A stretch of DNA of 64,000 nt from positions 1 through 64,000 of the forward strand of contig CDRNVI010000062.1 of NCBI GenBank assembly GCA_977017575.1. Reading direction: 5' to 3'. Below, piece after piece: positions 45,825 to 57,146 of this stretch. The DNA comes from Paramoeba atlantica (Eukaryota > Protista > Discosea). The notes under the pieces were generated by a model that saw only the letters and a program-made list of their open reading frames with translations, was not told the origin of the DNA and ran no database searches. Both the position numbers and the translations under genes were made by a program. The number at the start of each line of letters is the position of its first letter. The first letter of the stretch is position 1.

Positions 45825-46808
45825 TTTTTTTTGTCATCCCCCGAACCCATTAGCGCACGCCCCTACGGTACCAGTTTTGTACCGCGACATGCGCTATCTG
45901 GGCGTTCCCCTTTTGGATGGATACCCCGATTGCCATGATAAAATGGCTGAGGCAACCATTCTTCTCGCCGGTGGCCTTCCGAGCGACCAGATTTAGAAAC
46001 TGGAGGGTCTCGGGCCCGGGGACACTGTACGTGATGAAGGCTAAAGGGAAGAAATCCATCTCCCCGGCCCCCGCCATTTCCTCGTGAGTGCGCCTTTTGA
46101 GGCGCTCAGCCTGCCTCACGGTGAAGGAGGGCTCAGCTGCCCCCTTATCGACGTAGGACGGGGCCAGTGGGTTTACCACCGTCACGTCCACTAGGACTAG
46201 TTTCCGCCCCAAAAGGAGGCAGATGTCCGGTCCCTGACCGTTATCGAATCTAGGTTCGACTAGGTCTGGGGAGAATCCGTACTGGATTAGTAGGTTGCAG
46301 AAAGTTTCCTTAACCCCCTTGTGACGAGAGGCTTGTGTCTTCCCCCGAACTTTCTTGCAATCCATGGCGTGGACGCAGAACTCCTCATTTTTGAGGGCCG
46401 CGCCGCACACACATTGGATTTCAGGTTCGGAGGTGGGGGCCACCATGTACCGGAGTCTAGCGGCGGTCTCCCATTCGGGATCCCGCATGTAGTACTCCGG
46501 CCTGTTCGGCCACGCATTCATCCACTTGGTCGAGTGGATGTTCTGGATCTGGCGCATGCAGAACAGATGCGTGGCCGACGGTGCCTTGTCCAGAGCAGCC
46601 GCCCCATAAGCGCGTCGCTGCTCCCTGGAGGGGGTGCCGGGGGACTGGCCTTGTAAGGCCTTGACTGCTTTGGCCTGCATGTCCTCCGCTTTGTCTTCGA
46701 AGGGGATGGTGCCCAGGAAGTCCGCCGTAAAAAGTTATTTACGAACGGCGTCGTTCCCATGGCTCCCATCCCCCCGAGCAAGGTTTCGGAACATGCGGTG
46801 ATGGCCGC
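45825..46808 (-). mobile_element. 5'-truncated CRE-clade retrotransposon with CCHC finger and REL endonuclease
   Basis: CVCG..HAMDC..RH, PD..DVTV..K, IQKGNA; poly(A)8; 9-bp TSD ATAACAATA (45816-45824, 46809-46817). Confidence 0.85.
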
Positions 46809-46852
46809 ATAACAATAAACTTCAAGAATGATAATGATTTCTTGGTCAGAAC

Positions 46853-47630
46853 CCAATATTGCACACTCTCGAAAAAAAAATGTATTTTAAAATTTTCGAT
46901 GCCATAAATTTTCTAACACGAAAATGTCTCAGAACAGAAGTACATGTGTATTTTATGTCCTCAAATATTCTTTTTCGGGGGCATTTTTGATACTTTATTA
47001 GTCTGTCGTTGTACTTTTCGGCCATAGCACGGAGGCGTGCCTCTCGAGAGTCCTCATTTCTTCCCAGACTCCCCCCTCAGAAGTTAATCTCTTTTTAAGC
47101 ATAGAATTTGCCCCTTTCACCGTGCTAGTATGAACCCGCACTCTTCGGCTATATTCGTTCTTTTCATTGAGTGTGTATACCCAATGAGGCCTAGGATAGA
47201 TTGTGTGGGGGGTGAGTCGATATCTGCGGGAGAGAAAAGGAGACTCCGGCGCTCGACAAGTACGCACTGGATATAAAAAAAATACCCATCGCTCCCCCCC
47301 CCCTGGATAACGTATGTGATTTGTGAATGTCCTCGCTCACATTTCACTGTTTGAGCTATTAGTTTGGGCCCCTGAGCCATAAAATGCACTGACCTGCATC
47401 CCAGGAGCCAACTTTGCTCATGCCAATGCTCTTAACACAAGAAATATCCGGGCATCCTGCGCAAACCGGAGTAAAATTTTCCTAAGTCATGCGGAAGGAG
47501 CGCTTGTAAGACAAAAATGAACATAAATAAGCTAAGAAACGATGTCTAACGATTTTACTAGACGAAAATAAAAATTGGAAAAGTGTTAAAGTTGGGCGAA
47601 AAAAAATATTTTTTGTGCAATATTGGATTA
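46853..47630. mobile_element. ~780-bp element with CCAATATTGCACA inverted ends
   Basis: Diverged second copy at ~51419-52190 with the same inverted termini. Confidence 0.6.
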
Positions 47631-47639
47631 ATTCCACCG

Positions 47640-48015
47640 ATTTCTTATTTAGGATCTTCGTTAAACGCGGTGGTTGCTTTCAACTTAGAAGTCACTCATG
47701 CCGCGCGATTCGCGTTGAAAACTGCATACGCGTTTAACGCAGAGCCTAGAGAAGAAAAATTGGTTACGAAAGCCGAAGAAACCGGACGGCTTTAAACCAA
47801 AAATAGCCGATTTTTAGGTAAAAATAGGGGCATTTTTGCGTAGATTTACGCTCAGAACACTAAATCCAACATTTGTGTGTGAGAAATCACTCGTAGGCAT
47901 GAATACAAGACTACTGCACGTAATGGGTAAATAATGCGACTTCAACCACACCATTCTTCCGACACAAAAACCCTTTAGGTCCGAATTTTTGTTTTGCACA
48001 ACTTTAATCATTCAG
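47640..48015. mobile_element. Diverged, truncated family A copy (palindrome left)
   Basis: Palindrome with substitutions plus partial body. Confidence 0.75.
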
Positions 48016-48195
48016 CCACCACCGGTCGTATTTAGCCCAAATGAGTCCTTGAACAGACTTAAATTTAGTGCTAAAGCTAATATCCTGCTTTACTCTCGTG
48101 GCCAAGCTCACGCGGTTTCCGAGGCAGAGACCGACCTACAGTGCTCGTAAAAATTAGTGTATTTTTAATTAGTGTCGGTCGAGAAAATGACACTA

Positions 48196-48690
48196 AACGG
48201 GGGCCCGGGATAACATACCTGTAACACGTTAACATACCTGGGGGGTATGTTATCGTGAACAGGGGTGGATAACATACCCCCCCCTCTGGATTTTGGAGTT
48301 TAGGGGTCAATTTTCTTTTTGAGATTTTTTTACATGTGTAATACTGATAATTTTTTTGTCAACATGTGCACTCAAGAACTGAGTGGTATCCATGAAGAAA
48401 TTCCAAGCGAGATTGTTTCGTCGGAGGATGAAGAGGAAGACGAGGAGGAAGAAGAGGAGGAAGATATTGACAATTCAGGAGTATTTTCGAAGACATAGTT
48501 GTCCTGAAATTGTGGAGTAAAATACATGTATATTATTGTATATTACATGTATATTGGAGTAATTTTTTGAATTGGTGAATCATATTCTTCAAAAAAAATG
48601 ATGGCATAAAAGTTAACATACCTGTAACAGCGTAAACATACCTGTAACACGATAACATACCGGGGGGGTATGTTATCCTGTAACACCGTT
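48196..48690. mobile_element. TA-flanked MITE (AACGG.. termini)
   Basis: TA|AACGG...GGATAACATACC and GGTATGTTATCC...CCGTT|TA; subterminal AACATACC repeats. Confidence 0.7.
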
Positions 48691-48722
48691 TAATTAAAGA
48701 TATACTAATTTTTACGAAGCTA

Positions 48723-49102
48723 AACCACTGTCCGGGTTAATATTCCTGGTAGGAATATTAAGAGGGTAATAGGAATATTGCGGGGGTTGTTTACAACCTC
48801 TGCTTCTCCCTTCTTTAAGGTGTCCGGGGTAGGGTGGATCCAGCAGTGTGAGAAAAGGGGGTCCAGCCCCCCTATCCTCGATTTGGGCACAAATCACTGT
48901 GCTTAAAAACGTAGGTCCCGGGACTCGAACCCAGGTAGTCCAGTGGGTAAGACCTGCCGTTCATAATCTGGTGGTCGCAGGTTCGAAGCGGCGCGAAAAA
49001 AAACTTGGTCCTTTTTTGTTAATTTTTTAACATTCCTATGCCTCGTAATATTCCTATACCCTCTTAATATTCCTACCAGGAATATTAACCCGGACAGTGG
49101 TT
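48723..49102. mobile_element. TA-flanked MITE (AACCACTG.. termini)
   Basis: ~44-bp TIR AACCACTGTCCGGGTTAATATTCCTGGTAGGAATATTAAGAGGG; TA on both sides. Confidence 0.85.
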
Positions 49103-49430
49103 TAAAAAATTAGCAGAAAAGCACCAAAGTTTTTTTCGCGCCACGAAGCGGCGCGATCTTTGATCTTGTGCTCGTTTTGGTCTGTTCGGGTCTTGTGTGC
49201 GCGTTGGGGTTGCTATTTTGATGAAAAAATCATACCAAAAAGGGATTTTTGAGGGATAAATTGTGTGGATCTCAAGCAAAGACAGGGTAGGTGTCAGGGA
49301 GAGGGGGGGTAGGAATATTAAGCACCATTGGACCCCCAGCAATTTCGGTGCATTTCTGGGGCCACTATGGGACAACCGGTGCCACGATTGGACACTTCAA
49401 AGTTTAAGTTGTGCATTTTGTTTGCATTTA

Positions 49431-49780
49431 AACCCTGTTCCGGGTTATTGTGCCCCCCTGCACAACAACTGGCTCTAGGCACAATAACTAAATATTGGAA
49501 AAAACCAAAAAAAGGGTAAAAAAAAATTGGCGCCGCTTCGCGGCGCCTTTTTTGTAAACAAACACGTTCATGTGCAGAATGAGTTCTATTTAACGAATGC
49601 GTTGCTGAACAAACACCGTTTTTTTCGAGAAAATGGGAATAAAAAACCTGCAAAAACATGCGGCGCCGCTTCGCGGCGCCATATTTGGGAGGGGGGGGCA
49701 CAATAACAGTCGTCGTTTTCACTTATTGTGCCCCCCCTGCACAATAAGTAGCTCTAGGCACAATAACCCGGAACAGGGTT
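49431..49780. mobile_element. TA-flanked MITE (AACCCTG.. termini)
   Basis: TIR AACCCTGTTCCGGGTTATTGTGCC; TA on both sides. Confidence 0.85.
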
Positions 49781-50403
49781 TAAGTTGTGTAAACTTAAAC
49801 TACTAAGTTTAGGTCAGATTAAACGAAGTTTGCACACTTTGCAAAAAAATTCTAAAAGTGACTAAATATCAGTGAATTCCAAAGAAAATCAAAATGATGC
49901 AGACAAGACGATTTCCGCACAAAACAATGCCACATCCAACAAAACTCGTACCAGCGGGCTTAACCTCACTTAACCTCACTAAACGGAAGACGTGTGACAC
50001 AGTTTATTTCAAGATACCCACAACAAAACCCACCATCAAAGTGATTGATCATGATTTTACCCGTACCTGAGAACGTAAAAAGGTCAAAGATACTAGCAAA
50101 GATTTTAAACTACATATATTTTGCAAGCAGCAGAAACAAAAAATATTAATAAGAAAGATTGTTTTAATTTTTTTTGAAGAAAAGTGCAAACTTCGTTCAA
50201 TTCCACCTAAGTTTACGGTTACCCCGGTTACTTACCCCTAAGTTTAAGTTACCCCCCGGTAGTTTAGTAATACAGGAGAACTAGTGGTAGGACTACGAGG
50301 TACTGAGTACAGAGGTCTAGTAAGTACATACAACCAGGTAAGGTATCAACCAGGTAAGGTCTCGGATCTTCTAAACTGGACCCCTGACTAATGAATGTGT
50401 GGA

Positions 50404-51144
50404 TCACTGCAGAATTATTGAAGTGTTCTTACAATCAAGATATAAAAATTCACCAAGTTCATTTCGCTCAACGCGTCCCGTAAGTTTGGGGTTATCGTTC
50501 AAATATAGAGTCTCAAGTGAGCTCGGCAATGCATCCAGTTGTATCTTACCACAAAAGTCGTTTAAGCCCATCTCAAGATGTAGCATGCATGCAGGAAGAT
50601 ATTGCAAGTCAGGAGTTCCGGTAAATGCATTTCCTAATAGACACAAATACGACAAGTGAAAAGGCAGCACGGTGAGATCAACGCTCCCACTCATTTTATT
50701 ACACAACACGATCAATTTGTCCATCATCTCGGGAAGTTTACCCAACTCCAGTCCTCCACGTACATTTTTATCGGAGATATCAAACACTTGAACGGTATCG
50801 GGAATAAACTCCCAGCAAAGAAACCCCCTCATCGAAACGTAGGTTTCGGTCCAATAAATGTTTAGCACCTCATCGGTTTGGTACCTGCATTCGACGGCTG
50901 CCCAATCACACGCAGGCGTCTCCGTAGTCCAACTCGGGTGAGGGTCTTCAATATTTTGGATAAGACGAGACAACGTGTACTCCTGAGGCAGCGGGATGTT
51001 ACGAATACGTCCAGCGCGGACCTGATTGGGTGTCTCCTGTCTCCTGTGGGTTTCCTTGGAAGTTTGTTTTCGTTGTTTTTTTCTCGGAGGCTCGTCGTCC
51101 ACAAGCACAACGTGGAGGGCAGGGTAAAAATGAAAGGGTAGCAT
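50404..51144 (-). CDS. Plant-type LRR protein with basic N-terminal extension
   Basis: PQEYTL..TPACDWAAVEC, LRR repeats. Confidence 0.85.
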   Translation of the reverse strand: MLPFHFYPALHVVLVDDEPPRKKQRKQTSKETHRRQETPNQVRAGRIRNIPLPQEYTLSRLIQNIEDPHPSWTTETPACDWAAVECRYQTDEVLNIYWTETYVSMRGFLCWEFIPDTVQVFDISDKNVRGGLELGKLPEMMDKLIVLCNKMSGSVDLTVLPFHLSYLCLLGNAFTGTPDLQYLPACMLHLEMGLNDFCGKIQLDALPSSLETLYLNDNPKLTGRVERNELGEFLYLDCKNTSIILQ

Positions 51145-51418
51145 AACAATATTACCTGTTACAGAGATTATTGTCGTAATTCATTACACGGTAAAAAAAA
51201 GAACAAGAATGGTTGCGGTTTGTTTTTGAGGACCAATACTCCTTTTTAGGACGAACAAAAGCGGGACGAAAGGACAGCGGATTCGGAACGATTGGGTCGA
51301 AAAACGGTGACATGCAAAATATTTGGATAATTTTGCAAAAACAAAATATTTCCAAAGTAAAGACCTATAGGGGGGGTACACATTGATAACGAATAGTGTA
51401 TTAAAAGGTCAGATTCAG

Positions 51419-52190
51419 CCAATATTGCACAGTTTCAAAATAAATAAATAAATGAAAATCAACCACTTCTTTCTCAGAAGCACATAAAATCAACTATCAT
51501 GAAAATATCTCAAAATAGAAGTGTTGTATATCCTCAAATTTTCTTATTCGCGGGCATTTGTGATACCTTTTTAGTGAACCGTTGCACTTTTTTGATACGA
51601 CACGAGGACGTGTCTCTCGAGTGTCCTCTTTTCTTCCCAAACTCCCCCCTCAGAAGTAAGTCTTTTTTAAGCATAGAATTAAGCTCAGAAATCCCACTCT
51701 TCTACATCCTTTCCTTTCATTGAGCGTGAATCTCCAATGAGGCCCAGTATTACCTGGGTAGGAGTGAGCTGACATTTCGAGGGCAGAAGCGGAGACTCCA
51801 GCGCGTATAGGGATCGACAAGTGCGCACGGGATATACCCATTGCCCCCCCCCTCCTGACAACGCCACGTGGTTTGTGAATGTGCACGTTCACATTTTACG
51901 GTTTGGGCAATGAGTTTGTACCCTCTGAGCCATGAAACGCAGTCCCCTCCATCTCATGATCCAACCTTGACCATCATTCTCATGACCATAATTCTAGCAC
52001 ATGAAATATCTGCATACCCTGCACAAATCGTAGCAACCCATTCGCTAGACATGCGGAAGTAACCCTCGTAAAGTAAAAATGGCCAAACAAATACTGAAAA
52101 ATGATGCCCAATATTTTTACCTTTTAAAATAAGAATATGAAGATCGCTAGAAAACTCGAGATTTTTTCTTATTTGCTTGTGCAATATTGG
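51419..52190. mobile_element. Second copy of the CCAATATTGCACA-ended element
   Basis: Collinear similarity to 46853-47630. Confidence 0.6.
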
Positions 52191-52520
52191 CTCAATTCCA
52201 CCAATTAAAAGAGTATCATGAAGTGCTCTGTCTTCGAATATGCTATTCTTTGGTTGCAAATTTCAAAATACTTACAATAAATTACAAAATATTCGTTATA
52301 TTCATTACCGGTATTATCGGCTGCAAATTACAAAATATAAATTACTGGTAGTATTTCTCCGATGGCATTCTCATCGGTTTAAAAAAGGTGCACAACTTCA
52401 ACCATTCGGCCACCACCGGTCGTATTTCGCCCAAATGAGTCCTTGAACAGACTTAAAATTAGTTTCTGAGACGTTTGCAGGTCCAAGTATGATTGTTAAA
52501 GTCTACGCTAATGGACACGA

Positions 52521-53225
52521 TTAAGGAATTACGTTCTTAACAAGATCCATTATATTTCCTCCAGGGATTCGAAAAGCTTCCTCCTTGAAAGTACTGTCTT
52601 TAATGTATAGAACCGAGTTACCGTTCAAAACAAGTTTACTCATTCCTTTGGGAAGAGAACTCAAGCTCACATGACCACGAAAACGATTGCTATTTAGAAA
52701 GAGTGAATTCATTGCGGAAGGAAGGTTCGTTAGATCCAACGTCCCACTGAATCGATTTCTTGCCAAGTTAAGCAAAGAAAGAGTTTGAGGCAACTTGGTG
52801 AGACAGATCTCTCCGGAAAAATTGTTGTCATTCAAGACGATATAGGCTATTGTATTTGGAAGCGCGGTGAAGTCAGCTTCGCTATGAAAAAAATTGCTTT
52901 CCATGCAGAGAGTAGTAAGTTTAGGTGGCAGCTCCATAAAAGGCACCTTACCTTCGAGTTTATTGCTATTGAGATTGAGCGCAACCAGAGTATGAGGAAG
53001 AAATTCCCACCGAAGAATCCCCGAAAGGTGGAATCGATGCCATTCAATTTCAGTAACATGGCCTTCCTCATCGCATGTGATTCCACTCGATTTACAAGCG
53101 GGAGTGTCCATAATCCATGACCGCCGATGAAGTTTCACGTTTTCAATGAGGTGCGCAAGTTGATATTCTGGAGGCGGCAAGTTCCCTCGCACCTTTGCAG
53201 CCTTCAACGGAATGCTTGTGTTCAT
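52521..53225 (-). CDS. Plant-type LRR protein (MNTSIP subfamily)
   Basis: 234-aa ORF, close paralog of 38096 and 54737. Confidence 0.9.
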   Translation of the reverse strand: MNTSIPLKAAKVRGNLPPPEYQLAHLIENVKLHRRSWIMDTPACKSSGITCDEEGHVTEIEWHRFHLSGILRWEFLPHTLVALNLNSNKLEGKVPFMELPPKLTTLCMESNFFHSEADFTALPNTIAYIVLNDNNFSGEICLTKLPQTLSLLNLARNRFSGTLDLTNLPSAMNSLFLNSNRFRGHVSLSSLPKGMSKLVLNGNSVLYIKDSTFKEEAFRIPGGNIMDLVKNVIP

Positions 53226-53294
53226 TTTTTCTTGACGTGGTTGTAGAAGATAAGGTGAAACTTTGATAGTAATGTATGCGTTTGGTTTGAGTTA

Positions 53295-53632
53295 CAGGGG
53301 GAAAATTATGTTGCGTCAAGAAAAGTCGTGTTAATTTCTGGGATTAACACGACTTTTGTTGACACAACTTATGTTGCCACAACTTTTGTCCCCTCCATCA
53401 GCGAGATAGCAGTGCCAGAGCGTCATGTAATACCCCTGAAACCGCACTCTCGATGGTCAAGTGACCTTCGCTCCAAGGCAAAAGAGCGAATATGCACCTA
53501 TTTTACCAAAAATAAGAACAATTATATTTTTTAACATACTTTTGTTCCTCCCCACGTTTCGCATTAACACGACTTTTGTTGACACAACTTTTGTTGCCTC
53601 GACTTTTGTTGACATAACTTTTTTTCCCCCTG
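53295..53632. mobile_element. TA-flanked MITE (CAGGGGGAAAA termini, Tc1/mariner-like)
   Basis: TA|CAGGGGGAAAA ... TTTTCCCCCTG|TA; internal ACTTTTGTTG repeats. Confidence 0.8.
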
Positions 53633-53724
53633 TAACTAACCCGGGGAACGGTGTATTATTCAAAATTGGAATTTGAACCCAGGCTAAATATTGGAATTCG
53701 AAATTGGAATTTGAACCCAGGCTA

Positions 53725-53880
53725 AATATTCTTTTCCCGTTAAATATTCTTTTGTCACATCAGAATGCTTTACAAAACGGGAGACACCGTTCCAGTTTTG
53801 TGGTAGTTTGCCAAAGGGGCCTTTAGTATCTCCCTCGTCGACTTTAGCTTGGGTTACATAGCCATCGACTTGAAGCGCAC
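53725..53880. mobile_element. Family B palindrome, partial
   Basis: Spacer and right arm followed by TTACATAGCCATC, as in the other copies. Confidence 0.7.
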
Positions 53881-54108
53881 GATGATCCCCCAAGCGGAGT
53901 CCGAGAGTTGTGGGAGAGGGTAAAAATGAAATGGACGAACATACCACCCTCGAACATACCATGCCGTGTCCAGGTGGACAATATGCCTGCCCGTATGAAG
54001 GCAGTGCTGAAGGCTCGTGGGGGGGAATGCTAAATACTAATTTTACGGACATAAACTCTCTGGGGCGATTACTTTTCATCTTTTTTTTGGGACAAGAATT
54101 TCTTTATA

Positions 54109-54292
54109 CTGTCCCCCCCCGTTTAAGCGCACCTCGTTTTCCGCGAAAAGTACGCTTAAACGGGGGGGTCTGAATCACTACATAAAAAAAAATTGGCGCC
54201 GCTTCGCGGCGCCGGGCTCTTTCCTTCAACTCTATGTGCGCTTAAACGGGGGGGGGAGGCTGACCGGGTGCGCTTAAAGGGGGGGAGGACAG
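54109..54292. mobile_element. TA-flanked MITE (CTGTCC.. termini)
   Basis: TA|CTGTCCCCCCCCGTTTAAGCGCACC ... GGTGCGCTTAAAGGGGGGGAGGACAG|TA. Confidence 0.8.
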
Positions 54293-54736
54293 TAATAGGT
54301 AGCAAAAAAACCTTTCGAATGCTAAACCTTTCTATATTCATTCTTATTTCTTTTGTAGAACGAAATGAGATGAACTATCTATGGGTACTATTAGGTGACA
54401 CTCATGCCTACACTACTAGCATACGTTACCAGCGCAGCGATGTTATTTTGTAAATAGCTGAATACAAAAAATCCGCCATATCAATATCTACAAAATATCC
54501 GCCTTCTGCCGTTTTACCTTGCGTCTCCTCCTTCCTCTACGGCCTTGTGTGTATTCATCACGGGTAGTATTTCTCCGATGGCATTCTCATCGGTTTAAAA
54601 AAGGTGCACAACTTCAACCATTCAGCCACTACCAGTCGTAGTTTGCCCAAATGAGTCCTTGAACAGACTTAAAATTAGTTCCTGAGATGTTTGTAGGTCC
54701 AAGTATGATTGTTAAAGTCTACGCTAATGGACAAAA

Positions 54737-55441
54737 TTACGGAATTACTTTCCTCACAAGATCCATTACATTTCCTCCCGGAACTTCAAATGCTTCGTCC
54801 TTGAATGCACTGTCTTTAATGTACAGAGACGGGTTACCGTCCAAGCCCAGATGACTCATTCCTTTGGGGAGAGAACTCAAGCTCACATGACCACGAAAAC
54901 GATTGCTATTTAGAAAAAGTAAACTCATTGCGGAGGGAAGATTTGTTAGATCCAACGGCCCACTGAATCGATTTTTTGTCAAGTTAAGCAAAGAAAGGGT
55001 TTGAGGCAACTTGGTGAGACAGATCTCTCCGGAAAAATTGTTGTCACTCAAGACGATGTAGGCTATTGTATTTGGAAGCGCGGTGAAGTTAGCTTCACTA
55101 TGAAAAAAATTACCATCCATGTAGAGATGAAGAAGTTTAGGTGGCAGCTCCATAAAAGGCACCTTGCCTTCGAGTCTATTGCTATTGAGATTGAGCGCAA
55201 CCAGAGTATGAGGAAGAAATTCCCACCGAAGAATACCTGAAAGGCGGAATCGATACCATTTGATTCCAGTGACAAGGCCTTCCTCATCGCATGTGACTCC
55301 ACTCCATTTACAAGCGGGAATCTCCGTACCCCATGAAGGCCGATGAAGTTTCACGTTTTCAATGAGATGCGCAAGTTGATATTCTGGAGGCGGCAAGTTC
55401 CCTCGCACCTTTGCAGCCTTCAACGGAATGCTTGTGTTCAT
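54737..55441 (-). CDS. Plant-type LRR protein (MNTSIP subfamily)
   Basis: 234-aa ORF; shares downstream flank with 52521. Confidence 0.9.
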   Translation of the reverse strand: MNTSIPLKAAKVRGNLPPPEYQLAHLIENVKLHRPSWGTEIPACKWSGVTCDEEGLVTGIKWYRFRLSGILRWEFLPHTLVALNLNSNRLEGKVPFMELPPKLLHLYMDGNFFHSEANFTALPNTIAYIVLSDNNFSGEICLTKLPQTLSLLNLTKNRFSGPLDLTNLPSAMSLLFLNSNRFRGHVSLSSLPKGMSHLGLDGNPSLYIKDSAFKDEAFEVPGGNVMDLVRKVIP

Positions 55442-56022
55442 TTTTTCTTGACGACGTGGTTGTAGAAGATAAGGTGAAACTTTGATATTAAGGTACGTTT
55501 TTGGTTTGATTCAACTAGATTTTCGTTGGAGATAGCTTTCAACGTGAAGAGCAGCAGTAGTGTATTCTCCGCTAAGAACAATCACCACGTTTAGCGAATC
55601 TTAAAAAGTAATAAAGAAACATAAAAATTATGGATGAGCATCCAAAGATTGAAAAATATGAATAACGCGGCAAAGGTACGTGAACAGGGGTTCTAAAAAT
55701 CATTTCGTGCGATCACATTTCTGCGAAAATATCTGATACGACAGAACCATTAAATAGAAGTATTAAAAGAGTAACACGAAATGCTTAGCTTTCCGATATA
55801 AATACTATTCGTTTGAGGACGGAAATTTCAAGGTATCCATCGCCGATATTCCTCTTTTCAGTACCGGTACTATTTCTCGAGTGGTATTCACATCGTTAAA
55901 AAAGTATTCATTCTATCCCCATAATTCAAGCTTGACTCAAAGGCGAAAAACAAGCGTCATCCCCGTGACGTTTGCTTTTCAACCGCGATCTCATTTTTTG
56001 GCCACTTAAGAAATCCACGCAC

Positions 56023-56853
56023 TTAGGCCAGCAGTCGAGTGTAAATTCGCTTCGCATTGGGGCAGTCCCACACCCAGTGCCTCATCGCAGTCAAATGCCA
56101 GTGAAGTTCCTTCACCGCTTTGGTTCGGTACGCTGCGGGAACTTGTTCACAGAAATCGGTGTAGGCCTTTGCGCACCCGAGTAATATTTTTTCTCGCTCT
56201 TCTGCATCCCACACTTCACGTTGCATTTTAAATTTTGCGCGAAAAAGTGACGAGTAGACTTTTTCTGTTCGAAACGCCCACTTGACCAAATCCTCAAATT
56301 GACAAAGATACGTTTGAAGGATTCGCTTTTCCTCTTGCGAGGCGTCTGTCGTTTTTCGCGTTCCTATCCATCTTTGATACCACGAAAAGTGTTTTCCAAG
56401 ATACGCCTCTTCATAGGTTGTGCGGTGCGTGTAGACCTGATCGTCCCAGAAAGCATCAAAGCCGGTTGTCCAATCTACTTTTCGGAGCAACACAATGTCA
56501 TGCAACAGGGCACTGAGCAGATAGGATCCCTGCGGGGTAAGACTTTGAATTAAGGAGGGCGTCAGTACCGGGAAGACGGAAGCGCCAGGGCCGACGTGTT
56601 CGGCTGAAAGAGCCCGAGTGAGATGTATCGCTTTTGTGGGATCGGTTTGGATATCGACAAAGTGAGTAAATTGATGCGATCGGGTGTTTTCGGGGCGACG
56701 CCAGGTACGTAGGAAAGCCCCTAGGGTAGCTGTGTTCGGTTTTTTGAAACCCATACCGCCCCAGAAGGACTGGATGGATTTAGGGGAGGTGACACGAAAC
56801 ATGGGAAGGATGGGAGAAGAAGGGTAAGAGCAATACCAAGGAAAAATTGACAA
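56023..56853 (-). CDS. Hypothetical protein, probably a genuine host gene
   Basis: 276-aa ORF of normal complexity on the gene-cluster strand; no family recognised. Confidence 0.7.
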   Translation of the reverse strand: MSIFPWYCSYPSSPILPMFRVTSPKSIQSFWGGMGFKKPNTATLGAFLRTWRRPENTRSHQFTHFVDIQTDPTKAIHLTRALSAEHVGPGASVFPVLTPSLIQSLTPQGSYLLSALLHDIVLLRKVDWTTGFDAFWDDQVYTHRTTYEEAYLGKHFSWYQRWIGTRKTTDASQEEKRILQTYLCQFEDLVKWAFRTEKVYSSLFRAKFKMQREVWDAEEREKILLGCAKAYTDFCEQVPAAYRTKAVKELHWHLTAMRHWVWDCPNAKRIYTRLLA

Positions 56854-57146
56854 AATGGCTTTAGAGAACAGTGGCTATAAAAAGGAATGTAAAGACAATT
56901 TTGGTAATCTCCCTGCAGGCGCAGATAAACTGATTCCGTCAAAGGACATAAAACGTATAGAAATGGGAACCAAATATCGGAAGAGGGTCAACATTCGTAA
57001 AACTGAACCAACTGTAAAGATTAATAGCGCATTGGAGAGCTCACATAGATTTCACATGATTGTACACTATGCCTCACGTCACGTACAGTAATTACATGGA
57101 CTTCTGTGCATGCGAAAAAAAAAATAAAAAAATAGAAAAGGAAAAA

